A program made the translations under genes and the position numbers. Shown one piece after another: positions 1 to 13,700 of a stretch of DNA of 64,000 nt. The stretch comes from the human T2T-CHM13v2.0 reference genome, Homo sapiens, in assembly GCF_009914755.1 (NCBI RefSeq), contig NC_060940.1; one strand, 5' to 3'. The stretch's first letter is position 1. Each line of letters starts with the position of its first letter. The notes below the pieces were generated by a model. The model was not told the DNA's origin and made no database searches. It was given only the letters and a program-made list of their open reading frames with translations.

Positions 1-95
1 AGGTTAAGTAACTCACCCAAGGTGACAAGTAAACAACTGGCGGAGCTGGGCATCAAACCCAGGTCTGCCTGACTTCAGAGCCCATGTGCTTAATC
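1..95 (-). mobile_element. MIR fragment
   Basis: aggttaagtaactcacccaagg...ggagctgggcatcaaacccaggtctgcctgacttcagagccc resembles the MIR core. Confidence 0.7.
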
Positions 96-169
96 AACCA
101 ATCCATTCCATGATCTCCCTATTTAGAGTGTTAAAAACAACAACTCAATACAACACGTATACCAAGGAC

Positions 170-560
170 ATGTCATCCATTCACCCCTCCAGACCTACTT
201 CCCGTCTTCACCTGTTTCTCTGGCCTGGGAGGCTGACTTGAACGTAATGCACGGAAGGGCTCCTTTGCTGCCAGGTACCTGGCTCCCTTGCTAGGATGAC
301 CTTGGGCTGGCCGTACCCGTGAATGGAGGTAGCAGCTCCTGTAAGGTGCTCTCTCTACACAACTTATCTGCAGATTCGGTAGCAGCTATTCCCCACCCAC
401 CCGTTGACTCTGCAAGCTCAGGTGGTAATCACTCCCACTACACATGCTAGGAGGTGCTGCACTGCCCCGAGGGGCCCCCCTATGCCCCACCCACACCTTG
501 ATAGTCTCTCCTCAGTCTGAGAGTGTCATCTTCTCCTGCCAACATCCTGAGCTGATATAC
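170..560 (+). mobile_element. ERVL solo LTR, LTR33-like
   Basis: ctggcctgggaggctgac...ggctcctttgc...gccccaccc...catcttctcctgcc...ctgatataca resembles LTR33. Confidence 0.5.
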
Positions 561-1224
561 ACACCTATACATAAACAGGATGCTGAGTAATGGCAAAAAG
601 GCATTATTTACCTTCCCAGAAAGAAATGTAAAGGTCATTTTCTGGGAATAATATGCTGTATTAGGGGAAAAATACTGGAAACAAGATAGAAACAGTCCTG
701 CTCTTTAATAAACAACTGGAAGGAACACTTTGGCAAGTTTACTTAAGGCATAAAAGTAAATTATAGCTCCAGCAGCAAAGGTCCCTTCCTCCCTGTGACC
801 CTGCCCCTGGCACTATCTTCTCCCTCCTCACCAACATCTTGCTTCCTCTGAGAAGCAGAGAAAAAAAGTACCTTCTCCCGATCCCTCCTGGTGGGACATA
901 CTTTCTATCTTTAGAGAAGGGTATCTAACCTTCAAACAATGTCCAGAGGTCAGCCAAATGAACAGGGGAATATAACATTCCAAATCAAAGCCCAAACATC
1001 AGGTACAGAATGGAAACACATAAATGTGCCTCAAGACAGTAAGCAGCATCTTCAGTCATTTGACCAAAGTTTAAGTAAAACTACCATACAACAGAGCTTA
1101 CTAAGGTGAGGAAAGTATCAGGGAAAAATGAAAAATAGCTTCCAGAAGGATTCAGCTAAATTAATGGATGAAATAAATCCAACACTCCTTCATTCAAAAT
1201 TGTTGATCAGGCACCAGCCAAGCT

Positions 1225-1442
1225 TAGGGGTGGGCCAGAAACTGTCTACCCCAGCCTTCAGCACTGACTAGCTGGGTGAAGCTGGGCAAGTTACCCTCCC
1301 TTAAGCTCAGTTCCTCAACTACAAAGTGACAGAATCATAGGAGGCAGTTCCTAAGTTTGCTACGAAGATTCAATAACTACAGATGTAAAGTGTTTAGCCC
1401 AGTTCCTGGTACACACTATAGATTCAGTAAATGTTAGCTAAA
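1225..1442 (+). mobile_element. MIR
   Basis: ctagctgggtgaagctgggcaagttac...ctcagttcctca...gtaaagtgtttagcccagttcctggtacac. Confidence 0.7.
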
Positions 1443-1886
1443 ATGGATGGTATTACAAGTAGTAACAATTTAAAAGAAGAAACAAAAACTTCTGACCTGC
1501 CTTAAAATGCTCAACCTAATGAACTCTGTAACCGAAACAAAACTGGAGAGACCTGAAGTACACCCCTAATCTTTAGAACTTAAGGTGATAGAGAGAACAT
1601 TACAGCTTCCCCAAAGGTCTGCTGTTACTATCAGAGATATGTGGGCTAGGTTCCTTCATTCAATGTAAAAAAGGACAAAATAGTGGCTGGGAGGGGGAGT
1701 AGTAAAAATGTATAAATCCATGTACAACTTCTATAGGTTTAATATTTTTTAGTTGTGCTACTAAATCAATAAACTGAACAGAAACAATTTCATGGGCTTT
1801 ATGTCACCGGAATGATGAGTTAAATTTACCAGGAGTTTCCTTCTGAATGCCACAAGCATCATCAGTATCAATTTTAATAAACCTAC

Positions 1887-1999
1887 TCTTTCTCTTTAAG
1901 CTCTGGCAAATCCAAGTACCAGTGCTCTTCACTAATGATTTTCTTTTCTTCTTCTTCTAGTTGTTTCTTGGTTTCTGAGTCCAGTCCCCTTTGCATAAA
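1887..1999 (-). CDS. MPHOSPH6: MPHOSPH6 coding exon 2, FMQRGLDSETKKQLEEEEKKIISEEHWYLDLPELKEK(E); the gene continues beyond the left edge
   Basis: Acceptor ttctgacattgattttgtttgttttcacag| with branch-like CTGAC at 2023-2027. The 113-nt exon is in frame with exon 1 and ends at donor GA|gtaggt. Translation matches MPP6 residues 18-55. Confidence 0.97.
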
Positions 2000-2855
2000 C
2001 TGTGAAAACAAACAAAATCAATGTCAGAAACTTTTCCCATTTTAGAACTGAGGAAACCCCAAATAATTTTCTTCTTCTACTTGTTCTCCTTCATTTATCT
2101 ATGGAACCCATCTCAAGATTGAGGGTTGGGGCAAGTGATCAAACGGTTTAGCTCTACCCTTCCAACTTTACACTAGACGATGAGGGCTTGTGTCAGGGCA
2201 TGAGAAAATGCACAATGTATATTTCCTTCGGAAAACTTAAGGGCTAAGACACCACATTCGAAGGTCTTGTGCTCACCCACAGAGCCCACTGGCTTTGGCA
2301 CCTGCTGATCTGGGGTTGAAATGCCCTTCTTATCCTCTTCCACCTGGCCAACTCCTCGCCCGTCTGACATAGGTAAAGCTACTAGACTTCTATGAGTGCC
2401 AGTAAAATCAGTGCCTCTGTCCTAAATGCTTCCATGGCTCCCTCCAATAGACTCACCACATCTGAACTTTCTGAGCATCTATCTTTTCTGGAGACCTTAA
2501 GGACTGGGTGTCTGGGTCATCTCCTTCATCTGTCCCAATATGATGACTGAAGCACAGTAAGAGCCCGATAAATGTAGGCAGAAGCAAAGGTACATCTATA
2601 AGTCTGCTCTTCGTTTTTATTTTTCCTCTGAAATGCTGCTAAACTCTTGAGCTGCTCTTATCAAATCTGCAGAAAGTTGACTCAAAATATGGCAGTAAAT
2701 AACAGTCCTGCTGCCAGTCTCTCACTAGCATGAATACCTGTATTTCTTCAGGGAACAAGTGAACAAACTTAAGAGGCTAACCACAGCAACAAGATAAAAT
2801 ATCAACACTGGAGAAAATAAAATCAGAAAATACCCAGAAGCCTCCTAGCAGTTAG

Positions 2856-3228
<373 letters not shown>

Positions 3229-3348
3229 CAGGTCCCATATTTCTCCTCCTTCTATTCCACCTTTTCCAAACATAAGCCTTTTTAGGCATAAGCACTTTAA
3301 CAATGACTACTAAGTTAAATGAAAAAACCTTAACGTTCACGAATAAAA

Positions 3349-3703
3349 TAGTCATGCACTGCAAAATGATGTTTGGTCGACGATGGAACCCATATATGAC
3401 AGTGGTCCCATAAGATTACAATGCTGCATTTTTATTGTACCTTTTCTATATCTAGATATGTTTAGATACACAGACACCACTGTGTTACAACTGCCTACAG
3501 TATTCAGTACAGTAGCATGCTGTATAGGTTTGCAGCCTACGAACAACAGGCTGTACCATATAGCCTAAGTGTGTGGTAGGCTATACCATCCAGGTTTGCG
3601 TAGATGAACCCTATGATGCTCTCACAATGATGAAATCACCTAACAATGCATGTTTCAGAACGTATCCCTGTTGTTAAATCATGTGTTAAGTAACACATGA
3701 TGG
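3349..3703 (+). mobile_element. Tigger3a/MER7A-like TcMar DNA transposon fossil
   Basis: agtcatgc...gtggtcccataagattacaat...gcctacagtattcagtacagtagcatgctg...ggctataccatc...cagaacgtatccc matches the Tigger3a consensus. Confidence 0.8.
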
Positions 3704-4040
3704 TGATAACATCAAGTGCTGAAGAGAATGTGAAGAAACTGATCACTCAAACATAGCTGGTGGGAAAGTAAATGGTACAGCCACTGTGGAAAACAGCATG
3801 GCAGTTTCTTAGCAAACTAAACATACACTTACCATATGACCCAGCAACCGTCCACGCAAAATGAGTGCGTGTAAAATGGTGAAATCTGCGTCAGCTCACT
3901 GTCAATGTCCTGGCTCTTTATCATATCCTAGTGTTGTAAAATGTTGCCGCTAGGGGAGGTGGCATGAAGGACGCACGGGATATCCCTGTACACTTTTTGC
4001 AACTTCCTGTGAATCTATCACTATTTTAAGTAAAAAGTAA
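3704..4040 (+). mobile_element. Old L1 (L1MC/MD-like) 3' fragments
   Basis: gctggtgggaaagtaaatggtacagccactgtggaaaacag...ttaccatatgacccagcaa and tttttgcaacttcctgtgaatcta. Confidence 0.7.
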
Positions 4041-4824
4041 AAGAAAACAAGTTTGCAGACTAGTGTTTTGCAGTCGTCATCCATTTTACCTGTGTGTACA
4101 TCCTCATCCCAGGAAAGAACTGCAGTTTCTGGAATGTGCACGCTATACTTCCCAGTCCTTTTGCCTTTGCGACTTAACACGTTTCCATTTTCTGCCTGGC
4201 AAAATATTTACTCTTTTAAGCCTACAGTGTGTGTCCTTTGGTAAGACTTCCTGGTTGGCATTTGGCTTGGCTCTTCCTAGGTCTGCTCCTATAAAGAAGC
4301 ACATTCTCAAGACAGCCTCATCAACACTGGAATATTGTTCACCATCGTGCTGCTTTGGTGTCTCCCAGGACTACGATTCTGAATAGACCATGACTCTTGT
4401 TCATCTTGTATCATTGGTACTTAGGCGGCACCCCTGGTACACAAAAGAGCTCACTCAGTGAAAGTTCTCTGAATGGAAATGAACCTAGACCTATCTTATT
4501 TTTCCAGATTCTCTTTCTGGGATGGTTTTCTTTAAATGCAGATGCCTCATTTCATCACTAATATTCCTCGTGGTAAAACTCATCAATACTGCCCAACTGC
4601 CCTTTTTTCTCCCATTTAGTCATGTACCTATTCTTTTGGTATACAACAGCCATATACATATGTTCTGTACACATAGAAAGGACAGAACTCCCTGTGAATA
4701 TGAATCAAGCACCTCCAGACTTAGGTACAAGTTCGATTCTCCTACTCTAGAGCATTTCAGAACACATTCCAAAACTAGTGAGGACTCAGAGCAGGCATCA
4801 GCATAATACAGTCCTCAGGCTAGA

Positions 4825-4981
4825 TGTCTGTTGTCGTCGATAAAGTTTTACTGGTACACAACCATGGTCATTCGGTCTTGAACAACACTGGCAGAGCTGA
4901 GTAGTTGTAACAGAGACTGTCTGGCTCATAAGACCAAAATATTTATCATATGGTCCTTTACAGAAAGTTTGCCAAGCCCTG
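4825..4981. mobile_element. MER58A-like hAT-Charlie fragment
   Basis: ataaagttttactgg...ggcagagctgagtagttgtaacagagac...ggtcctttacagaaagtttgcc. Confidence 0.7.
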
Positions 4982-5167
4982 TTCTGAGAGTCTAACAGTG
5001 CCAAAATCACAAATAAGCACCCTCTACAACCATTCCATACTGGAAGACCTTCCATCCACATCCTTCTTTTTCTTCTTCCCATTAGGATCACCCTGCAATG
5101 GCTGACCAAGTCAGAGGCATTGAAGTGAGTCAGGATTAAATCCTCAACCCTCTTATACTTGCCTAAA

Positions 5168-5705
5168 AAGTGGTCCCCAACCTTTTTGGCACCAGGGATG
5201 GGCTTCCTGGAAGACAATTTTTCCACGGGTGGTGGAGAGGGGAAGGGTAGATGGTTTAGGGATGATTCAAGTGCATTACATTTATTGTGCACTTTGTTTC
5301 TATTATTATATTATAATATGTCATGAAATAATTATACAACTCACCACAATGAAGAATCAGTGGAAGACCTGAGCTTGTTTTCCTGAAACTAGACAGTCCC
5401 ATCTGGGTGTGATGGGAGACAATGACAGATCATCAGGCATTAGATTCTCGTAAGTAGAGCGCAAGGTAGATCCCTCATATGCACAGTTCACAGTAGGGTT
5501 TCTGATCCTAGGAGAATCTAGGATTCTGCCACTGATCTGACAGGAGGCGGAGCTCAGGTGGTAATGCAAGCTATGGGGAACAGCTGTAAATACAGATGAA
5601 GTTTCGCTCGCTTGCCTGCCCGCTGCTCACTTCCTGCTGTGCAGCCTGTTCCTTACAGGTCATGGACTGGTGCTGGTCCATGGCCTGGCGGTTGGGGACC
5701 CATGC
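5168..5705. mobile_element. MER1A (hAT-Charlie), near full length
   Basis: Terminal inverted repeats ggtccccaacc ... ggttggggacc, and the internal sequence matches MER1A. Confidence 0.85.
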
Positions 5706-6153
5706 TATATAGGACTTAGCTCTGGTTAAGGCACCCTAAGTGCAGCTACTCCATGCCTTCTCACAGTATACTCTGTTCTATCAGTATAGACAGTGTCTCC
5801 TGCTATCTTGCCAGTAAGTTTTTTCTTATCAATGACCAAAGCTGCTAAACCAAATAGAGAATGTGGGTGATCTTTTTCCTTCTCCTTTGCTTCCAACGTC
5901 CAGTTGAGTCTCCCCATTTGGTGGGGGTGGACATTTAAGTTAATTTCTTTCTTCTTAGTTGCAACTCGGATATTTAGTTTGAGCCTGAGTCACCCAGTAC
6001 ATCATCTGGCTTATTCCAAGAGCTAAAACAACTGCTAAAATCTTTCCAATATCTGCTTGGCCAATTCACTCCACTTCTCTGAAGTTAATGTTATTACCAA
6101 CCATAAAATCAAACTCTGTTCAGTAAAGATTCAAATTTTGCTAATATGCATGA

Positions 6154-6576
<423 letters not shown>

Positions 6577-7224
6577 TATCTTTCAAAACATTATGAATGC
6601 TTCCTTCCCTCTTTTGGAAATTCCACCTCTTTAAACATGACATGTAACAGTTTGCTACTCTCTAGAAGTAGTGCTTAGTGACAGGCATCACAGAGTACAG
6701 AGTAGTAATAAAGAGCCAGGGTTCTGGAGCCAGACTGCCTGAATTCCCGTCCTGTCTACACTACTTATTAGCTGTGTAACTTTGGGTAAATTACTTATTT
6801 CTGTTTCAGTTGCCTTAGCTGTAAGAAGAGAGTTACTGCCTGTAGTCACCTCAAAGTGTCATTATGTGAATTGCATAGGTTAATATACGCAAACCACTTC
6901 AATCATTGTCTAGTACTATAAATATTTGCCATTTTCTTGATACTGTTCCCCGTTTCAATAGCTTTCCATTGCTCACAAAATAAAGGAAAATATCTTTAAT
7001 CTGGCCTCAAATTCCCTGCACGTTGTGACCATTGCCTACTCTGCAACCCCATTTCTTAGTACTTGCCTTCCAGACATACTGAATTGTCTCTAATTCTTGG
7101 AAATTTCCATGGTTTTCTTTTTCTTTCTTGCCTCTCAGACTTCTGAACTCAGTTTCTCCTAGTTTAGGACGCTGTGCCTTCCACCCTCCCAGTAACCTAG
7201 AGACTACCCTGCGAGACTCACCCT

Positions 7225-7440
7225 CTTCTCCCTGGAAGAAGAGGGAGTTCTGCCAGCAGACTGTCTTTGGACTTGGACTGAGTACTTCTCTGGGTCTCCA
7301 GCCTACTGGCCCACCCTGCAGATTTTAGACTTGCATCTCCACAGTCGTGTGATCCAGTTTTAAAAATACCCCCTCTCTCCATACACATATATACACATAT
7401 ACATCTTGTTGATTCTGTTTCTCTGAAGAACTCTACTAAA
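7225..7440 (+). mobile_element. MLT2-like (ERVL) LTR 3' fragment
   Basis: ctgggtctccagcct...ctgcagattttagacttgc...ttgattctgtttctctgaagaactc. Confidence 0.7.
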
Positions 7441-7929
7441 AGAAGTATTATCAAAATTAAAAAGGAGCTTGAACTCATGTAGCCTAATGCTCTTCTTTTT
7501 AAAGATGAGGAAAAGAGATATTCAGAGAAAGAAGTGAATTTACCTAAATTACCCAGCTAAGGAGTTACACTTCCCATATATCATATTTATTGCATATATA
7601 AGTAAGCAACAACTTCTCGAGAAGCTCGGTGAGTCCCCAAGGTCCCCAGCGCTTCTACCCTCACTGCACTGGGTAAGCTGTACCCTGACTGCTTCTGTGT
7701 ACTCAAGCTCCCATCCGCCCGCGGGCCTCCTGAGAGAGTCGGCCTAATTCGTAAGCTGGTTCCCAGTAAACAGTGCAGAGCAGGCGCTAAGTGAATGAAT
7801 GAGCACGAGAGCTGGAAGCCCTCTGAGGCCTCTCTGGTGTCCCTTGTCCGCCCGCCGCCTCGGCCCCGGCCAGGTTGGAAGGACCGGGTGCCCCTACCGC
7901 CCGGAGTGGCGCTCTCAGCGTCCCCGCAC

Positions 7930-7980
7930 CTTCATGCGCAGTAGATTCTTGGACAACCTTGTCTTTCGCTCGGCCGCCAT
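7930..7980 (-). CDS. MPHOSPH6: MPHOSPH6 (MPP6, exosome cofactor) coding exon 1, MAAERKTRLSKNLLRMK
   Basis: Minus strand reads gctaccATGGCGGCCGAGCGAAAGACAAGGTTGTCCAAGAATCTACTGCGCATGAAG|gtgcgg: strong Kozak context, 17 codons matching the MPP6 N-terminus, phase-0 GT donor at 7929-7928. Confidence 0.97.
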
Positions 7981-8099
7981 GGTAGCTTCCGCCCAGCGCC
8001 GCACTCCGGCCGCGAGCCTCACCGCACATGCGCGGAGCCGCGTGCGCAGCTGCGTCCCTCGCGTAGTGCGCGCCGCCCCGCCCCGCCCCTCCCCTGTGT

Positions 8100-8152
8100 C
8101 TTGCGCGCGGGCGCGGCCACTCAGCGGGCGCTCTGCTGACTGAGAGGCTCGG
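8100..8152 (+). ncRNA. Candidate first exon of a divergent lncRNA (a MPHOSPH6 divergent transcript is recalled but not verifiable here)
   Basis: Plus-strand 5' splice site CGG|GTAAGC at 8153, just beyond the GC boxes of the CpG island. The start coordinate is a guess. Confidence 0.4.
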
Positions 8153-8512
8153 GTAAGCTCGCGGGGTGGCGGGCGCGGGGATGAGCGCGGCAGACCGCAA
8201 AAAAGCCGAAGTCAGAGGACGACCCAGAACTTGGCTTCCCCGAGCCGCGGGTCGCCTTCCCGGGACGTCGGCCTGGCCCCCTCGGAGGCCCATCCTCCCT
8301 CGGGGACTCCCTTCCTCAGGGACCCCCTCCACACTCAGTAGTCCTCGCCAGCCTCAGAGAGGTTTCCGCCACGCCTGCCACCCGCCTGGGCCGTGTTACC
8401 CACGTGTTTTGTCTTCATAACGTGGGTGGCGGGCTCCCTTTGTTCTGGGTCGCTTTGCAGGGTCCAGGTCGTTTTCTCTTCACCAGGACCCCACGAGTTG
8501 CTGCTTTCCTCA

Positions 8513-9062
<550 letters not shown>

Positions 9063-9812
9063 AGAATTTAAAAAACCACTGAAAATAGGGTAGCGTTCCT
9101 ACCCTGGTGTTTAATGCTCTGGGTACCACCTAAACACGTTTTCGAAAACCATTCCCAGGTCCGACGCTTTGGAACACCCTCAAGCTAATAGCATCTCGGC
9201 TGATACCATGAGTTCTACGTCAGATTGTTGACCTGGTCACCTTAGGGCTAATTAGTTCACTTAATCCCCATAAGAACCGGAAAGAAGGTATTGTCATCGT
9301 GTTGTTAAGGATTCTGAGACACAGAGTGGGTAACGCACTTGGTGTTCACACAGCTAATCCATGTTAGAGCTGAAATTCAAACACCGATTTGGATGTTAAA
9401 AGCCCTTTAGGTTTTCCCAGGGGTAAATAAAATCATTGTAATGTACCAAGTGGCTACAGAATCTCATTCACTTGTGACTGTGTGTGAGATGCCGGGGGTA
9501 TAATAGCGTGTAAAAACACATATCCCCACCTTTCCTGAAGCTGATATTCTGGACGTAAGTAAGTGGCGACTGCTATGAAAGAGAGAAAACAGTGATGTGA
9601 CAGAGTAACGCTTAGGGTTACTTTAGACCAGGTGGTTTGGAACGGCCCTTGTCAGATGATGGTGCTAAGGCTTGAAAGTTGAGAAAAACGTGTTTTATGA
9701 AGAGTTGGAGGTAGAGTGTGCTCAGAAGACAGCATCAACTGTAAAGGTCCTCAGATATGAACAAGACAAAGTCCGTGTTAAAAGTTTTACAAGTGGAAAC
9801 AGTAGAGGTTAA

Positions 9813-10200
9813 TCATAAGCCACATTGCATCCCCCAAAATTCATATGTTGAAGTTCCAACTCCCAGTGCCTCAGAATGTGAATGTATTTGGAGACAGTCC
9901 TTTTTAAAGAGGTGATTAAAACAAGACCCTTAGGGTGAGCCCTAATCCAGTCTGACTGATGTCGTCATAAGAAGAGGAAATTTGGACACAGACACCAAGG
10001 TTGTGTTTGCATAAAGGAAAGACTATCTGAAAGCCAAAAAAATAAAAAAAATTTAAAAAATCTCTCAGGAGAAACCAAACCTGCCAACACCTTGATCTTA
10101 GACCTCTAGCCTCCAGCACTGTGAGAAAATCACAACCAGTCTGTATAGGGCACCCAGTGTGTAGTGTTTTCTTATAGTAACCGTAGCAGACTAATATACC
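9813..10200 (+). mobile_element. MLT1A/B-like MaLR solo LTR
   Basis: cccccaaaattcatatgttgaag...gtatttggaga...gccctaatccagtctgactg...cctgccaacaccttgatcttag...gactaatata. Confidence 0.8.
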
Positions 10201-11244
10201 ATACAATTAGCTGTAGATGACAGTTGTGATGAGAGCCCGGTAAGGAAAGTTTGAGGGTCATGAAAGGGTACAACGAGGGTACCTAAACCATTCTGGCCTG
10301 GAAATGAGGACTCTCCTAAACGTAGAGAGGAGTTAATCAGGGAAAAGGCCCACCAATCATTCACATTGTTATGCTGCTTTTACCACCATAGGACTCTTCA
10401 TCTTGCAAAATGAAAACTCTTGTTCCCATTAAACACTAATTCCTCAGGTCCTCACGACTACTTTCTGTCTCTATAAGTTTGGTTTTTCTGTGGGATTCTC
10501 AAAGAACTGCTGTGAGAGTAGAGGTGAAGGGAGAAGTGACTCAGTCTGCCTTCTGCACTTGGGAAACTAAGGGGCGACTGAACTAGGATGAACACATGTC
10601 TTGTCAGCTTCAGAAGAGGAAAACAGCATTCCCGGCGAAATAAGAGCATATATCTATCATGTAAGGATGCTGGAAGCGCCACACCTTCTCTATGGACCCC
10701 TGTTGTACCAGTCTGTGTTCTGATTTGTTTTTCTGAAACATTGACATTATTATGTTATTCTTTCACTCTAAAATTTACAATATCTGTTATTGTCTGAGAG
10801 ATAAAGCTCACCTTCTTCAACCTGCCACTCAAAATTCTATTTTTCTATTTGATGGTGAAAATCCTTATAATTAAAATGAATCCCCCAAGTCTTTTCCCAC
10901 CCCTCAACATGTTATAAATGAGAAGTGATTTAAGAGTAATAGTGTAATTTTAACTTTGAAAACTACCTGACAAGATAATTCCTTGATCTTTCTATGCACC
11001 TGAATTGCAGAGCACAGAGGATAGATCTCACAATCAATAATGTGTTAACCTGTTGTAGTTACCCAGCCAAAGAAACATCATTTTGAGGGAAGAAATGTTT
11101 CAAATAGGTCTTCACACAGTTTTGAGTCCTGTCATAATGGAATTTGTTGGAAGTATGAAAGCCTCCAATTCCTGCCAACTACTATATCCATCAAGAAAAG
11201 GTTCCCTGTGACTCTTCACTCCCATAGCAGATCTAAGGCTGTGG

Positions 11245-11968
11245 TGCCTAGTGCATAGATGCTTGTCATATGTGACTAGTGAGCACTTGAAATGGGGCTA
11301 GTGCAACTGAGGAACTGAATATTTTAGTTAATTTAAATTAAATTTTATTATATTATTATTATTATTATTATTTTGAGACAGAGTCTTGCTCTATCACCCA
11401 GGCTGGAGTGTCGTGGTGCAATCTTGGCTCACTGCAACCTCGCCTCCTGGGTTCAAGCAATTCTCATGCTTCAGCCTCCTGAGTAGCTGGGATAACAGGT
11501 GCCCACCACCACACCCAGCTAATTTTTGAATTTTTGGCAGAGATGGAGTTTCACCATGTTGACCAGGCTGGTCTCGAACTCCTGGCCTCAAGCAATCTGC
11601 CTGCCTTGGGCTCCCAACATGCTGGGATTATAGGCTTGAGCCACCATGCCCAGCAATTTAAATGTTAAAAGTAACAGTGTGAGTTATTTTTCTGTATATG
11701 AGGCTATATTGTTTTGGAAGGAACATATATCACTTTAACTTTTCAAAATTTAGCATCTGCATTGAGATGTGCTGTAAGTGTAAAAGACATACCACACTTC
11801 AAAAGACTTACTCTAAAAAAAATCTCAATATTTTTTCATATTATATATTAATAATAAAGATATATTTGTTTAAATAAAATATAGCCTTAAAACTAATTTC
11901 ATCTGTTTCTGTTTACTTTTTAAAATGTGGCTGCTAGAAAATATAAAATTACATGTGTGGCTTGCATT
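11245..11968. mobile_element. Charlie1/MER33-like DNA transposon interrupted by an Alu
   Basis: gagcacttgaaatggggctagtgcaactgaggaactgaat before the Alu; gagatgtgctgtaagtgtaaaa...aaaattacatgtgtggct after it. Confidence 0.7.
11342..11654 (-). mobile_element. Alu (AluS) with (TTA)n tail
   Basis: Alu dimer; TSD aatttaaat at 11330-11338 and 11655-11663. Confidence 0.93.
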
Positions 11969-13179
11969 TTTTTCTTTTCTTTTTTTTTTTTAAATACTGC
12001 AATGGCTATGCATACCTTCCTAGTGCAGAAACTGGAGGAGAATCTGGGGTGAGCACAGGAAGGAACTCTTTTATGCAATGAGACAATGAAGGTGGTATAT
12101 TAAGTATTAGTTTTTGTTCATTTGTCTGTTTGTAGGTACCAGATATTGAAAAGACTTGTTAAACAAAATGGTGATTTAGAAGGATACTGGGTAGTTCATA
12201 GGTGTTGAGAAGGCTTGATAACAAGGCTAAGTTAAAAGAACAGAAACCAGGGCATTCCAAGGAACTTAATGACACAGCAAGAATGGTGAGCACCAATTGA
12301 TTTCTCTGCTCTTTGGACACTTTACTCAAGTTTTCAAAATCAAGGAGAGAGTTTTGTTATGTCTCAGCTAAGGGAGGGCAGGACCTGATTTACAATTTCA
12401 AGAAGACTATACACAATGGGGGAGGGTAATTCTTTAAAGAGAAATTGGGTGCTGTTCCTCAGAGATAGTCACTATACTAGCCACAACAGCAATGCCAAGG
12501 ACATATCCACTTAAAGCAGGATGAGAGTTCTGTTGAGACAGCTGGAAGGACAGACAAATGGTTGAGTGTGAGTTCCGAACTCATGTCCAACATCAAATCC
12601 ATCTCGCAAAATGTGCTCCCTCTTTCTGCTTCCCTGATTTATTCATCAAGTATTTTTTTTTTTTGGCTACCTGTTACATGCAAATTGTTACTCCAGGTTA
12701 ACCAGCCTAACAATGTAGTAGTATAAGGCATTCCTTCTGCTCTTACCTTCGGTTACTTATTACCTTTTCGTGGATGTCTTGGTTAAATCAGAACATTAGT
12801 ACTGGAAATGGCCTTATATGACATCTAGGTAATTCCTAAACATCAGTAAGTTGTTATGAGAAAGATCATGAAAAATTAAAACACATCAAAACCAAAAACA
12901 TTGCTGATTCTCTGGATGATTCTGATGATCAGCCAGTATTTGGAAACTATATAGAGTTAGCTGGACCTTTTAATTATGTATACCAAATTATGTCAGCTCA
13001 GTCAGAATTGAGGTTTGTTAGCATTCCACCTAGCTTTTTTTTTTTTACTGTGCCTCCATCCATCCCTTCTTTTCTGTTGCTGCAAGCCTATCCCAGAATT
13101 TATGCCTAAATCTTACTATGTTATGACTGTCTGATTGCCATAGGCTCCTATTTTTTGTTCTGCCTTCTTCATTTTTTAT

Positions 13180-13700
13180 TCTTTTATTTACCAAAAATTT
13201 TAAGGCATCTCTTATGTTTCTGGTGCTTTGTTAGGTACTAGGGAAACCACCCCCGCCATGGGTATGCCCAAGACAACGATATGGATCCTAAGTACTGTCA
13301 TAGAGATGGAAGATGTGGAAGGCAGCATAATCTGGATTTAAAGCGCTCTGAGATCCATCCTTGGGAAAGTGACAGCTAAGCCGAAACCTCAAGATGAGTT
13401 ACACGTTTGTGAGACAAAAAAATGGAAAGGGGCATGGAGGAGTGAAGTCCAATAGAAAAGGGTTAAAGTGATGCTTGTTGTATAGGTGACAAGTCTGGGG
13501 AGGCAAGTTACGGCCAGATCTTAAAGGCCATGTATTAAATTGGTAGGATTTTATCTGAAAGTTTCTGCAAGGCTATTGAACTGTTTTAAGCAGTAGAGTG
13601 ACACCGTTTAAACATTGCACAATAGAATTGTGTGATTCTTAAGATCACTGGCTAAAGTGGAGAAGGGAAATGGAGGAAGGAAGAACAAAGCAGAAGACAA
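13180..13700. mobile_element. L2 fragments
   Basis: ttaggtactaggga...gccagatcttaaaggcc...ttttaagcagtagagtgac...aagatcactggct resembles L2. Confidence 0.55.
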
